Source: a virus
Reading direction: 5' to 3' (one strand)
Length of the DNA stretch: 64,000 bases
IMG/VR virus record: IMGVR_UViG_3300000228_000004
Span: 1-64,000 of that record
The notes beneath the pieces are model-generated. The model had not been told where the DNA came from and searched no databases. It saw only the letters and a program-made list of their open reading frames with translations. Positions 37,124 to 46,443 of the stretch are shown here, in pieces. A program made the translations under genes and the position numbers. The stretch's first letter is position 1. Every line of letters begins with the position of its first letter.

Positions 37124-37528
37124 TTAGAAATCACCAGCCTTAAATTTTTCCCAATCAATTATTGATTTCAGTGTCCATCTCATAGAGTCAAGACCTTTTA
37201 GAACTATTTCGATCTGTTCTAATAGGTCTGTCACCTCTTGAAGTTTTTTCTTTATCATTAGGTATTCATAGTCTTTTTCTATGAAAGATTTAATCTCAGC
37301 ATTATTAAGAGTGTAGTTGAAATCATTTTTATAGTATAGAAATCTTTCTTGCCATTTATTATCTAGTTCAAAAGAATAAGTCGTGTGTTTTTTCTTAATG
37401 TTATAATACATTGATTGATAAAACCCCAATATTTCTGTGTGCTTCCTGAGCCTATCAGCTATATCCGTTGTGTCGAATTTTATAAAATCATAATACTTTT
37501 CGAATACCTTCTCCATAATCAATCCCAA
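37124..37528 (-). CDS. uvsY: Recombination mediator UvsY-like
   Basis: Helical; EIKSFIEKD.EY...W.LKSIIDWEKF.AG C-terminus typical of UvsY. Confidence 0.7.
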   Translation of the reverse strand: MGLIMEKVFEKYYDFIKFDTTDIADRLRKHTEILGFYQSMYYNIKKKHTTYSFELDNKWQERFLYYKNDFNYTLNNAEIKSFIEKDYEYLMIKKKLQEVTDLLEQIEIVLKGLDSMRWTLKSIIDWEKFKAGDF

Positions 37529-38004
37529 AACATTTTCGATGCTATGATACTATAAATTTCTTTTCGTGTATGGTCTTCAGTTGAAGAAACATTCAAAAAT
37601 TTACCATCTTCACCGTAATCAACGACATATTCATTTTCGATCCTGAGTGATTCAAATAAGTCAACTATTTTGTTGAGTAGTTTTTCATCCTCTTCTGCCC
37701 CGACATAGTGGCTTTGGTGCCATTTTTCAGCTCTTTCCTTATACATTTCCCTGACTACTTCATCAGCGAAAGAATAGTCATACCACCTATGTCTCCAAAT
37801 TACACTTCTATAACGCCAGAAGTTCTTTAACCCAGCTACCATATCATATCTGAAAAAATCATAAATACCACCAAAACAACGGTGAAGTATAATTTCAACT
37901 TTTTCTAATGATGTAAACTCTTGAAAATGTTTATCGAACTCTTCTACCAAATAGTCCGCCATTTTATTCTTTTCAATTTTCATTATATTCCAACTCCGTT
38001 TCAC
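37519..38004 (-). CDS. Hypothetical protein
   Basis: GLKNFWRYRSVIW..RWYDY...MFWD. Confidence 0.6.
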   Translation of the reverse strand: MKRSWNIMKIEKNKMADYLVEEFDKHFQEFTSLEKVEIILHRCFGGIYDFFRYDMVAGLKNFWRYRSVIWRHRWYDYSFADEVVREMYKERAEKWHQSHYVGAEEDEKLLNKIVDLFESLRIENEYVVDYGEDGKFLNVSSTEDHTRKEIYSIIASKMFWD

Positions 38005-38383
38005 ATTGTTTACATATTAACTCACCGAAACTATCTTCGTACAGTTCTGGTAAAATTTCATACTCTGATTGCGTAATTTCTTTTAGCCCCATCCTTTTCA
38101 GGAAACATCTAGTAATTTCTGTGTTTAAGTCGGTTAAAATGAATGGGATACCTTTTTGTTCTAGTCCTTCAACTGAACAATGCGCGCACCTATTTTTCTG
38201 AATACCTCTGAAAATGAAACCAGCTTCTTTAAAATATCGGTACTCTCGACCGATAATTTCTTTAAGTGTGATGTGATAATTGTAATCAAATTTGATTGTA
38301 GTAGAATCAAATTTCATCGGATTCCAAGGCATTAGACCAATTAACCTCATCGACAACCCTGAAAAGTGAATTTGGGTGAACAT
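37973..38383 (-). CDS. Hypothetical protein with two CxxC pairs (true start probably MKFDS)
   Basis: CAHC and CKQC motifs. Confidence 0.5.
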   Translation of the reverse strand: MFTQIHFSGLSMRLIGLMPWNPMKFDSTTIKFDYNYHITLKEIIGREYRYFKEAGFIFRGIQKNRCAHCSVEGLEQKGIPFILTDLNTEITRCFLKRMGLKEITQSEYEILPELYEDSFGELICKQCETELEYNEN

Positions 38384-38582
38384 TCACTACAGTTCTTTTA
38401 TTTTTTATGGGCGTTATGTCGTTTTTACCCGAACCTCTACCCCTGTGAACCGCCTCTAATCTCACCACGCCATTATGGAAAGAAGTTGCTTTCCCTATCA
38501 TAACCTCGACATATCCACTTGCTCTGATAGAACTTCCATAAAGGAGACCTAAAACTAAATGGTTTCCATTGGCGTCTTTCAT
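38307..38582 (-). CDS. Hypothetical protein
   Basis: Coupled ORF. Confidence 0.55.
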   Translation of the reverse strand: MKDANGNHLVLGLLYGSSIRASGYVEVMIGKATSFHNGVVRLEAVHRGRGSGKNDITPIKNKRTVVNVHPNSLFRVVDEVNWSNALESDEI

Positions 38583-39616
38583 TTCATACCAGCTTCTTCG
38601 TTTAATTCACTCATCAAAAACTCTTTTGAAATCTTAGCAATGTACCCAAAAATTTCTTTAGGCTCTAACCCAGCTTCTGTGATAACATCGATTTCTTCTT
38701 TTAGGATATCTTTATTTACCGCTTTCAGGAAATCACCAGTCCTTTTGATATCACCTCGACCACCATTCAGTACATCGAAAGTTTCGTTGTACATTTGTGA
38801 TAGCCTATAAGCTGGCGTAACTTTTTGGGCAATGTTAATTTTCATTTGTTCTTTTTCATCATCAACTGGTTTAAGAGTTTTCACTTTTGATTTAGAGTGA
38901 GATTCACCTTTCACTTTAAATGTCTGGGCAGTATTTTTAAACCAACCTACCCACACCACCCCCTCACCGTGACCAGAAACACCAAACACTTTGCCGACTG
39001 GGCATTCTTTATCAACACTTTCAGTAATCGCAATGAGTTTATTATTGAAGAGCTCAGGCTTATTGAAGTCAATTTCCATTTCATAGGTTTCGAATTCATA
39101 TATGCTTCTAATATTTCTTTCTGAATCCAATATCAGTTCTAATGACGCTTCTGGGAATTCTACCCATTCATAATCTTCTTCAAGTTTATACTTAATAGAA
39201 AACATAAAAAAGTGTTTAGGTATCTCTGTTACAGCAACACCCTTTTGGATACCTTTCCCTGCCCATTCTCCGTAAATACAAACTTCTTCAACACCAAGAG
39301 CTTCTCTTAATTCCGCGAGTTTACCAGTGAAGTATTCTTTGTTAGTTTCTACAAAAAACGCAAACCCAGCATTGTCTTTTTCTACAGTAATGATGTTTTC
39401 TTTAGATTGTGCCCAAAGATCACCCCCGTTATAACAAATACTTGCATTAGTTCCGTGTAGCTTCACTGTACCAGTGAATTTAATTACTGGGAGGGGTTTC
39501 ATATTATCATATACGGGATTCTCGGCTTCATCTAAACTAACAAACCTTGCTTGATGAGATATGTTTCTTATTGTTTCCCTAAATTGAGAAATACTCGGCA
39601 TTTTAATTAATTTCAT
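38579..39616 (-). CDS. RNA ligase 2-family nucleotidyltransferase
   Basis: KLHGTNA, DNAGFA, IYGEWAG.GIQKGV, GEGVVW, FKVKGE.HS. Confidence 0.82.
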   Translation of the reverse strand: MKLIKMPSISQFRETIRNISHQARFVSLDEAENPVYDNMKPLPVIKFTGTVKLHGTNASICYNGGDLWAQSKENIITVEKDNAGFAFFVETNKEYFTGKLAELREALGVEEVCIYGEWAGKGIQKGVAVTEIPKHFFMFSIKYKLEEDYEWVEFPEASLELILDSERNIRSIYEFETYEMEIDFNKPELFNNKLIAITESVDKECPVGKVFGVSGHGEGVVWVGWFKNTAQTFKVKGESHSKSKVKTLKPVDDEKEQMKINIAQKVTPAYRLSQMYNETFDVLNGGRGDIKRTGDFLKAVNKDILKEEIDVITEAGLEPKEIFGYIAKISKEFLMSELNEEAGMK

Positions 39617-39822
39617 TCAGTCTTCTTAAATATGTTTAATACATTAGTAATGTTTACCATTGAGTCATCATCCAACTTAGTAGTCTTGAGAGCAATAATA
39701 TCTTCAATCATAGAGCTATATATCCTATCAACCGCTACTTTGTAATCGATTGCTTCCATTCCTTCTTCGTTTATTGATATTAGTGTCCCTATCCCTATTT
39801 TTTCTGCTTCAGTTCTAGTCAT
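39613..39822 (-). CDS. Hypothetical protein
   Basis: AAAGGA RBS, coupled to the next gene. Confidence 0.55.
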   Translation of the reverse strand: MTRTEAEKIGIGTLISINEEGMEAIDYKVAVDRIYSSMIEDIIALKTTKLDDDSMVNITNVLNIFKKTE

Positions 39823-39993
39823 TTTTTGTTCCTTTAAATTTCTGGCTTATCATTGAGTAAATAATCAGATGATATAAATCTCAACCACATAATATTGAAT
39901 GGGTTATAAGTTTTAAACTCTTTAACATTAGAATTTCCCAATTTAGCCCACTTCTTAGCGTTTTCATTGTTCTTAAAGTAGTGACCTGACACT

Positions 39994-40230
39994 TTATAAT
40001 ATTTCATTTATTCTCCTCTGAACCATTTTGTCTAATTTTGATTTTGATAGTACAGAAATACTACGCATGGCTAAAAGTAATAAAATAATAATCACCGAAA
40101 ACCATGAAAAAATTGATACTAAGATTGCATCAGCAAAACCTATATTTACATCATCCATAAATCGATTCATTAGAAAAGATATGATGATTACAAGGATGGT
40201 ACCACTAAAATATATTGCAAAAAAACCCAT
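39994..40230 (-). CDS. Small membrane protein
   Basis: Two hydrophobic helices; follows a promoter. Confidence 0.6.
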   Translation of the reverse strand: MGFFAIYFSGTILVIIISFLMNRFMDDVNIGFADAILVSIFSWFSVIIILLLLAMRSISVLSKSKLDKMVQRRINEIL

Positions 40231-40259
40231 TTGATATCCTTTTATTGTTTATATGATAT

Positions 40260-40293
40260 ATTACACCGCGAGTTAGTTTAAAGTAAGGTTAAA
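40260..40293 (-). promoter_or_regulatory. Variant early promoter
   Basis: TTTAACCTTACTTTAAACTAACTCGCGGTGTAAT. Confidence 0.65.
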
Positions 40294-40659
40294 TCGAGAA
40301 ACTTTATATTATTTCATTTTTTCTTTCCTTTAATTTTAAGAATTTTTTCACAACAACTATCACAAATACCATACTGTGAAGTTCTACCACCGACAACCTC
40401 ACCACTGAAATCTTCAAACTCTTCATTATATGAAAACTTTCCTGGAAGTTCACTAACTTCATTTTTGTAAATATCACAAAATAGTATGCGTTTTCAGGTA
40501 TAACTATGATCATTCTAATCCTTTAAAATCCATTCACATGCCTTAAAAATGGCTTCTTGTTCAGTATCAGCATCAACAATTTCAAGAGAAGATTCTCCAG
40601 AAGAAATGAATTCACTATCGTCACTATGAGTGAACCACCTCGTCATTTATAGCGAGGGT

Positions 40660-41214
40660 TTACGAAACTGATACTAAGTAATTTTCTATAAAAGAGCGTA
40701 TTTCATTTTCGCCATCAAAATTATTAGTGAATTCATGATCATATAGACCATCTTTTTCGATGTTTCTCACGAAATCATCGAAACCATTTTCACGGTGTAT
40801 TGGTGTTTTTGTTTTTATTAATACGAAAGTGAAACCATTTTCCTTACACCAATCATATTCGTTCTGTGTCCTTACATCAGAAATGACAATACTATCCACA
40901 TTTAAAAGTAATAGTTCTTCTTGTAACATTCTCACAAACAACCCGTCTTCAGAATTCCTCAGAGAATTTAAACTCAGCCAAATTTCCCTTGGAGTTTTAG
41001 AGATAAGTTCCCCTGTCTTCGGTACTACTATATTCAATGGTTTTTCTTTTTCTTCAGGTGGGTAGTCCTTTTTCATCCAAGGGTAGATCTTAACTGCTAA
41101 TTTTTTTAATTGGTCACTGAAACTAATTCTGTTAAAACCATATTTTGTTACCATGGTTTTTACTACATAGTCTTTCCCAACACCGCTCACCCCCAATATT
41201 GCTATCTTATTCAT
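40660..41214 (-). CDS. Deoxynucleoside monophosphate kinase
   Basis: GVSGVGKD, ISFSDQLKK, TPREI, ISDVR..NE. Confidence 0.85.
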   Translation of the reverse strand: MNKIAILGVSGVGKDYVVKTMVTKYGFNRISFSDQLKKLAVKIYPWMKKDYPPEEKEKPLNIVVPKTGELISKTPREIWLSLNSLRNSEDGLFVRMLQEELLLLNVDSIVISDVRTQNEYDWCKENGFTFVLIKTKTPIHRENGFDDFVRNIEKDGLYDHEFTNNFDGENEIRSFIENYLVSVS

Positions 41215-41749
41215 AATCTCGTACCGCCTTTAATATTTCTAAAATTTCACTCACTGCGTTTTCACCAATCTTAACTATATGGAATGGTTGATTATTTTTT
41301 ATTAACATATCTTTTATCCTTTCATCTAGCTCTTCTGACTCTGATAGAGTTTGTCTTCTTCCGTATGTTTGGTATGGGTGCTCTTTGGTATCTCTCTGTA
41401 AGAATATATTCAGGTGGTCATACGAATTCCAAATACCTAAAATAAGAGCTTCGAATTCTTTTTCTGGGAGATGTTTACTTTCTTGTAGGTAAACAGAACC
41501 CAGTAAAAATGGTCCATCATTAACTGTATAGTCAACTTGCTCTTCAAGTTTGAACCAATGGTGATGTTGTTTAGCCAATATCATCAATTGATCTTTTAAT
41601 TTATAGAAATCCTTACTGTATACAAGCCCTTTTGCGTATTCAGTAACGAACTCAACCTCGTACCCAAGCTTTTTCATTGAATGGAAAACCCCTGCGGCAG
41701 TCGTTGATTTTCCGGAAGACGGACCTCCGAATAGGTTGATATTCAACAT
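41207..41749 (-). CDS. P-loop NTPase/kinase (NadR/AAA_28-like)
   Basis: INLFGGPSSGKST, EYAK, DGP, GR.QT..E. Confidence 0.75.
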   Translation of the reverse strand: MLNINLFGGPSSGKSTTAAGVFHSMKKLGYEVEFVTEYAKGLVYSKDFYKLKDQLMILAKQHHHWFKLEEQVDYTVNDGPFLLGSVYLQESKHLPEKEFEALILGIWNSYDHLNIFLQRDTKEHPYQTYGRRQTLSESEELDERIKDMLIKNNQPFHIVKIGENAVSEILEILKAVRDYE

Positions 41750-41928
41750 TTACCATCCTCTAAAATTTCATAATTTAGTGTTATTTCGTTTCCTCGACAA
41801 ACGGGACAGGCGTAATATTCGTTTTCACCAAACGCGCCATACCCTTAATTTTACCATTTCCAGAACATTCAGTGCATAGTATTACGACACCATCATTTAG
41901 TAAATCTTCCAATTTCACTTTTTTATTT

Positions 41929-42735
41929 TCAATCATAGTACCACCCTTTTTTTACCAACATTTCTTTCGCCTCTTCAGTCGTTAATTCAATTGCTTCACC
42001 TTGCATAAATGGGGTATCTATTTTGATAAGAACTTCTTTCGAAAGTAGGCTACCTTTTTTGAAATACAGTGGTTTACTTTCGAAGCACCTGAACCCAATA
42101 ATTGTCCTTTTATTCGGGAGATCATTCGGAACCCCGTGTAAAAACTTCGTGTTATCAAAAATAATAGTATCACCAGGAGCTAAGTTTAGCTCAAATACTT
42201 CTCCAGCATGATTCATGAGACATAAACCTTTACCGCCATTTTCATTTTCAAGGACAACCACCATAACCAACCGTGGGATGAGCCCTTCCCTTATTTCAAT
42301 CTTATCTTTCCCCCATTCACCGTCAAACACTTCGGCATCAAAATGATATGGTATAGAATTACTATAATGGGATCCTTCTTTGTAATATTGGTAGTTGAAA
42401 AGAGACTTACTGTTTCCAGAAACAACTTCACCTATAAAACCGCCTAATATATCATTATATAATGAAAACAGCCCACCGAGAAGACCGTCTATTTTCAGAA
42501 ATGGTGCAGTATCTGGTTCACCCAAAGAAACCATTACTGCGCCACCGACCCTTCCTTCAGTTTCTTCCCTTTTTCTATATAATTTGCGCTCGACCAAATA
42601 ATCACTATACCCTATATCTATATTTGGTATAATATCATCAGTTAATTTTTTAGTATCCAACTCAGACAGAATGTCATAAATGACACAAAACCCATTCAAC
42701 TTCAGATCTGAAATATAATCTTCTATGTATTCCAT
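41929..42735 (-). CDS. 2OG-Fe(II) dioxygenase superfamily protein
   Basis: YHFD (HxD), GGKGL, PGD.IIFDN...LHGV, RTIIGFR. Confidence 0.75.
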   Translation of the reverse strand: MEYIEDYISDLKLNGFCVIYDILSELDTKKLTDDIIPNIDIGYSDYLVERKLYRKREETEGRVGGAVMVSLGEPDTAPFLKIDGLLGGLFSLYNDILGGFIGEVVSGNSKSLFNYQYYKEGSHYSNSIPYHFDAEVFDGEWGKDKIEIREGLIPRLVMVVVLENENGGKGLCLMNHAGEVFELNLAPGDTIIFDNTKFLHGVPNDLPNKRTIIGFRCFESKPLYFKKGSLLSKEVLIKIDTPFMQGEAIELTTEEAKEMLVKKGWYYD

Positions 42736-42950
42736 TAATTATCCCTGTATTCTGAGAATAATATTGTTATTTCTTCTTTTGACAATCTTTTTGGACCTGC
42801 CAATGAGAAATGATATACAAACTCATTCCCGAGAAAAGTGGTCATGCCGTATAAGTTATTCTCTACTATTTGGACTTCTAGTGGTATGTTTATTTCTTCT
42901 GGGGTGGAAATAAATACTTCATTTCCTATTGTTAATTCAAACGAAATCAT
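42735..42950 (-). CDS. Hypothetical protein
   Basis: Coupled between the TS-like and oxygenase genes. Confidence 0.5.
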   Translation of the reverse strand: MISFELTIGNEVFISTPEEINIPLEVQIVENNLYGMTTFLGNEFVYHFSLAGPKRLSKEEITILFSEYRDN

Positions 42951-44041
42951 CTTTCTACCCTTACAAACTCAAATTTTCTGAAAAATGAATTCTCTAAACT
43001 ATGGTACAATTCATCAGAACATTTGATTTTGACCGTGTCTGTGGAAAGTGAGAATTGTTCTTCATATTTTTTATGTAAAATATATGTAAGCACTAAATTG
43101 GAATATAAATATAAAAGATTATCTGTTGTTGGAACATTAAACCGCTCAAATAAATCATCCAAGCCCGTGTATTCTTCACCACTGAAATCAGTATCGGTCG
43201 TGATTATTGAGGATAAATGAGAAACCAACCCCTGAAAAAATTCATGAATTTTTTCAATTTCAGGAAATTCTATTTCATCATCTGCTAGTAATCCATTTTC
43301 TTGTGAAATTTTATTCGTGATAACATCATACCCCTGTTTCCCTGAAAAATCATAAAGGTGCATATTAGTCACATGGTGATTATAAACGCCTAAAGTAACT
43401 TCTGGGTCAATTTCAGATTTGATATATTGAAGAATCATTTCTTGTAAAAATGTCCATTCAAAAATATTTATACTACCTAGCCCCCAAACAATATCACCGC
43501 TCCTAGATTTGACATTCATATTCAATTTCTTATCAGGTGTAACGAAAAAATCTAATACCATGTTACACGGTCTGTCTTTTCCTTTTTCTATACCATCTTC
43601 TTGAAGTGCTGAAGTAGAGTCAATAGACGGGTCTGAAATAACCATCACGGCTCTTCTCGTGTAAATTCCTTCGTTCCTGAATTGCTGAAGGACGTCATTT
43701 ATCTGCTCATTACTGGAAATCCTTTCTGGATAACCCCCTCTCCACGAAATACCGTCATCAGAATAATCACTTGCTCTGGGCAGGAAAAAACTTAGGTACG
43801 GGTCTATTTTATTAGAACCAGCAAATACCCAAAATGTTTCTGCTATCGTAGCAAATATATTGTTTTTTCTACCAATGAGAGAAAGATGCCTTGCTTTAGG
43901 ATTTTCTAGAGTGATGAACGCATTATATACTGAAAGAATTCCACCATTCCTAGATTTGGTTCTATGCCCCTCGCTGATAAGTTTATCCAATGATTTGTAA
44001 ACAACTTCATTGATAGTTTTCCCTTTGATTTGGTTCAACAT
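42947..44041 (-). CDS. Thymidylate-synthase-fold dUMP hydroxymethylase (5-hmdUMP synthase)
   Basis: SRNG, N.FA..AET.W, TRRAV, PCN catalytic Cys, RSGD..WG...N (Asn, dUMP-type), LQE, H.Y; hypermodification gene context. Confidence 0.8.
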   Translation of the reverse strand: MLNQIKGKTINEVVYKSLDKLISEGHRTKSRNGGILSVYNAFITLENPKARHLSLIGRKNNIFATIAETFWVFAGSNKIDPYLSFFLPRASDYSDDGISWRGGYPERISSNEQINDVLQQFRNEGIYTRRAVMVISDPSIDSTSALQEDGIEKGKDRPCNMVLDFFVTPDKKLNMNVKSRSGDIVWGLGSINIFEWTFLQEMILQYIKSEIDPEVTLGVYNHHVTNMHLYDFSGKQGYDVITNKISQENGLLADDEIEFPEIEKIHEFFQGLVSHLSSIITTDTDFSGEEYTGLDDLFERFNVPTTDNLLYLYSNLVLTYILHKKYEEQFSLSTDTVKIKCSDELYHSLENSFFRKFEFVRVER

Positions 44042-44232
44042 TCGTGTAACTCCTTTTTTGAATTTATATGGGCGGATGGTATTTTAATAAAATATTGGGT
44101 ATACCCGTATTTTTCAATGCACTCACCGCAAATTTTGATATCTCTATTGAACTCTATTGAAATAAAACCTGAAAAATGAAATATTCCATTTTCTTCTTTT
44201 GTAGAACCACACACATCACATTTAATGCACAA
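44035..44232 (-). CDS. Small Zn-finger-like protein
   Basis: CDVC...CGEC. Confidence 0.5.
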   Translation of the reverse strand: MCIKCDVCGSTKEENGIFHFSGFISIEFNRDIKICGECIEKYGYTQYFIKIPSAHINSKKELHEC

Positions 44233-44277
44233 ACCGACCCCTTGTTTAAAATATATTGACTTATCGGGATTGAATTA

Positions 44278-44907
44278 TCAATCCCTTTTTCTTGGTTTGG
44301 TTGATAACCTTGTTTTACCGAGCTTCGTTTTCTTGTTACTGAAAATTAGGTTAGTTAATCTATCCGAATATTTCTTATACTGAAAACAATCTGGGATGTA
44401 AATAACCTCAAGTTTATCTGGGAAATGTATGGCACTTATTGATACTGTCGTATTTTCACGAATTCTATCTTCGCCATCAGGAAAAACTTTCATGAGACTT
44501 TCTTCAAGAACAGGTAGTATGTGCTTGATATCAAATGCTACAGCATAAAGTAAAACGCCTTCTCTTGAGTAACCAGCTGAAATATATAACCCATTTTCAT
44601 TCTTATACTTCTGGAAAGATTTCCAAGTCAAATTATTGAAAATTCCTCTCCCCGAAACTGGTTTATTCTCCCCAATAGTTTCATTTTTTACTTCTAGGAA
44701 CAAGTTGCCTCTCTTACCATCCCAACCATGTTTTTCTGATATGTGGTGTCCGTGTATAAGATCTACTGTTATTCTTTCCCTCACAGAGTCTCCGCCACCA
44801 GTCATAAGGTTTTCACAAGAAAACCTCGAAAATGCGTTCGCTTCTTCTAAGTTGTCAAAATCAGATAATACCCCAGTCTTAGCATAATTCATTATATTAT
44901 GGTACAA
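44278..44907 (-). CDS. Putative PD-(D/E)XK endonuclease
   Basis: E...HGWDG...LEVK motif. Confidence 0.5.
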   Translation of the reverse strand: MYHNIMNYAKTGVLSDFDNLEEANAFSRFSCENLMTGGGDSVRERITVDLIHGHHISEKHGWDGKRGNLFLEVKNETIGENKPVSGRGIFNNLTWKSFQKYKNENGLYISAGYSREGVLLYAVAFDIKHILPVLEESLMKVFPDGEDRIRENTTVSISAIHFPDKLEVIYIPDCFQYKKYSDRLTNLIFSNKKTKLGKTRLSTKPRKRD

Positions 44908-44910
44908 AAG

Positions 44911-45090
44911 TCACCCTTTAGTTGAAATTCTAGAGGTAGACCATTCTTTGGTTGAGCGACGAGAAAGATAGTAACCCATCCCGAATGCTGACATACGGTA
45001 TTCTTTCAGCATTTGTAACGCTTCTTTTCTTGTTTCAAATTGGTCAACTGTTTCAACCACCCCATTTGTTTTAGTGTTGATGTATAGCAT
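44911..45090 (-). CDS. 59-aa early protein MLYINTKTNGVVETVDQFETRKEA...
   Basis: Open frame, AAGGTG RBS, promoter directly upstream. Confidence 0.6.
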   Translation of the reverse strand: MLYINTKTNGVVETVDQFETRKEALQMLKEYRMSAFGMGYYLSRRSTKEWSTSRISTKG

Positions 45091-45121
45091 TTTTCACCTT
45101 TCTTATCATATAATATCTTAT

Positions 45122-45155
45122 ATTATACCGTAATTTGGTTTAAAATAAACTTAAC
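45122..45155 (-). promoter_or_regulatory. Variant early promoter
   Basis: TTAAGTTTATTTTAAACCAAATTACGGTATAAT. Confidence 0.6.
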
Positions 45156-45733
45156 CGATCACCATTTATTTGAGCCGCAGTTGATTGATAATAGTGAGTA
45201 GTACCAGTTCCGTTATCACTAGAAACCCTCACATATTCATTGAAATTTTTAGCGTTCATAATCCATTTGAATTTTACCAAATAATCACCACTGGGGGTAT
45301 TTTCATAGTACCCAACCACGATATAATCAACAAGTCTATTGTATTTTAAAAAAGTGGTTAAATTCGCCCTTGTCAGTTGGTGTTCATTTGGGTTATTTGC
45401 CCCAGAAATATTGAAATTGAACCATCTATCGTTTTTATTGGAAGGCTTCACTTCTATAAAAGAACCGTCGACCTCAACATCATAAGCAAAAGAGAGAGGA
45501 TTCAACGGGTCATGCTTTTGGGTATTAAGTTTACCGCCAAGAAGTGATGCTAAAGCAACTTCTAGTATTACACCACTTTCGCAGTTTTTCATCAGAACTT
45601 CATCCGTTCTACCGTGTGTTTGACCATTTTCCTTTATCTCTTGAAACAAATTAAGTGATAATTCTGAAATATCTTCTTTAGTGACCACGATTGGTTTTCG
45701 AAGCTTAATTAAAATATTGTTGGTTAAAACCAT
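45140..45733 (-). CDS. Putative PD-(D/E)XK nuclease
   Basis: G...E.A...YDV.V....IEVK motif. Confidence 0.5.
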   Translation of the reverse strand: MVLTNNILIKLRKPIVVTKEDISELSLNLFQEIKENGQTHGRTDEVLMKNCESGVILEVALASLLGGKLNTQKHDPLNPLSFAYDVEVDGSFIEVKPSNKNDRWFNFNISGANNPNEHQLTRANLTTFLKYNRLVDYIVVGYYENTPSGDYLVKFKWIMNAKNFNEYVRVSSDNGTGTTHYYQSTAAQINGDRLSLF

Positions 45734-46410
45734 TCTGTATCCTTTGATGGTGCTGTTTCTTTAATTGAATTTACAATTTCCCAATTTTCGTTAAAATACA
45801 TTTTTACTAACGCGTCTCGACTTTCCTTGAAATCTATATGTTTTACTAGATTATTTTCAGAAGCACCCATATTATTTTTGTAATATATTAACAGGGTTTT
45901 AAAAAGTTCATTGTCCGACCACCCAGATGAATTTTCAGCCCAATCAAGACCTCTGGTTTTTCCAGTTCTCTCGTTCGTTCTTTGCAAAAACTCAGTTATA
46001 TCATCATAATAAGAAGCAATCAAGTGTACTTCATCACACCCATTGGCTTCCCAACTCGGAATATCGCCTCGCTTAGAACGGTTGTTAAAATAACCCTCCA
46101 TAAAAATAGTGGTTATTTCTGGGTATTGTTTTGCTAACGCTGGTATCTTTTCTAACCGTTGTTCCCAATTTGAAAACATTGCTGTATCAAGACTGACCCA
46201 TTGTGTACCACCTTTGGCAAATCTACCCAATACGAACCAACCATTTTCGAATAGGAATCCTATATCTTCTTGCTTAGGTTCTTTACCCTTTCTTTCAATT
46301 TTACCGCGTATCACTGAATACTCGAATTTTGAAATCAAGTAGTTCACTAAGAAATATGTTCTTGTTGATTTCCCGGAACCATTTGACCCCATATAATTGA
46401 TTAGTCTCAC
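45724..46410 (-). CDS. P-loop kinase, candidate 5-hmU-DNA kinase
   Basis: GSNGSGKST, VLGR.......SLDT, FMEG, R..ERTG; lies in the hypermodification cluster. Confidence 0.72.
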   Translation of the reverse strand: MRLINYMGSNGSGKSTRTYFLVNYLISKFEYSVIRGKIERKGKEPKQEDIGFLFENGWFVLGRFAKGGTQWVSLDTAMFSNWEQRLEKIPALAKQYPEITTIFMEGYFNNRSKRGDIPSWEANGCDEVHLIASYYDDITEFLQRTNERTGKTRGLDWAENSSGWSDNELFKTLLIYYKNNMGASENNLVKHIDFKESRDALVKMYFNENWEIVNSIKETAPSKDTEWF

Positions 46411-46443
46411 TATTTATCCTTTACTTTCAAATATTATACCATA

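Noticed and set aside
41743-41919. Small DnaJ-type zinc-finger ORF (CTECSGNG ... CPVCRG)
   Set aside because: The two halves are in different frames and it is too short to call with confidence; probably a remnant.
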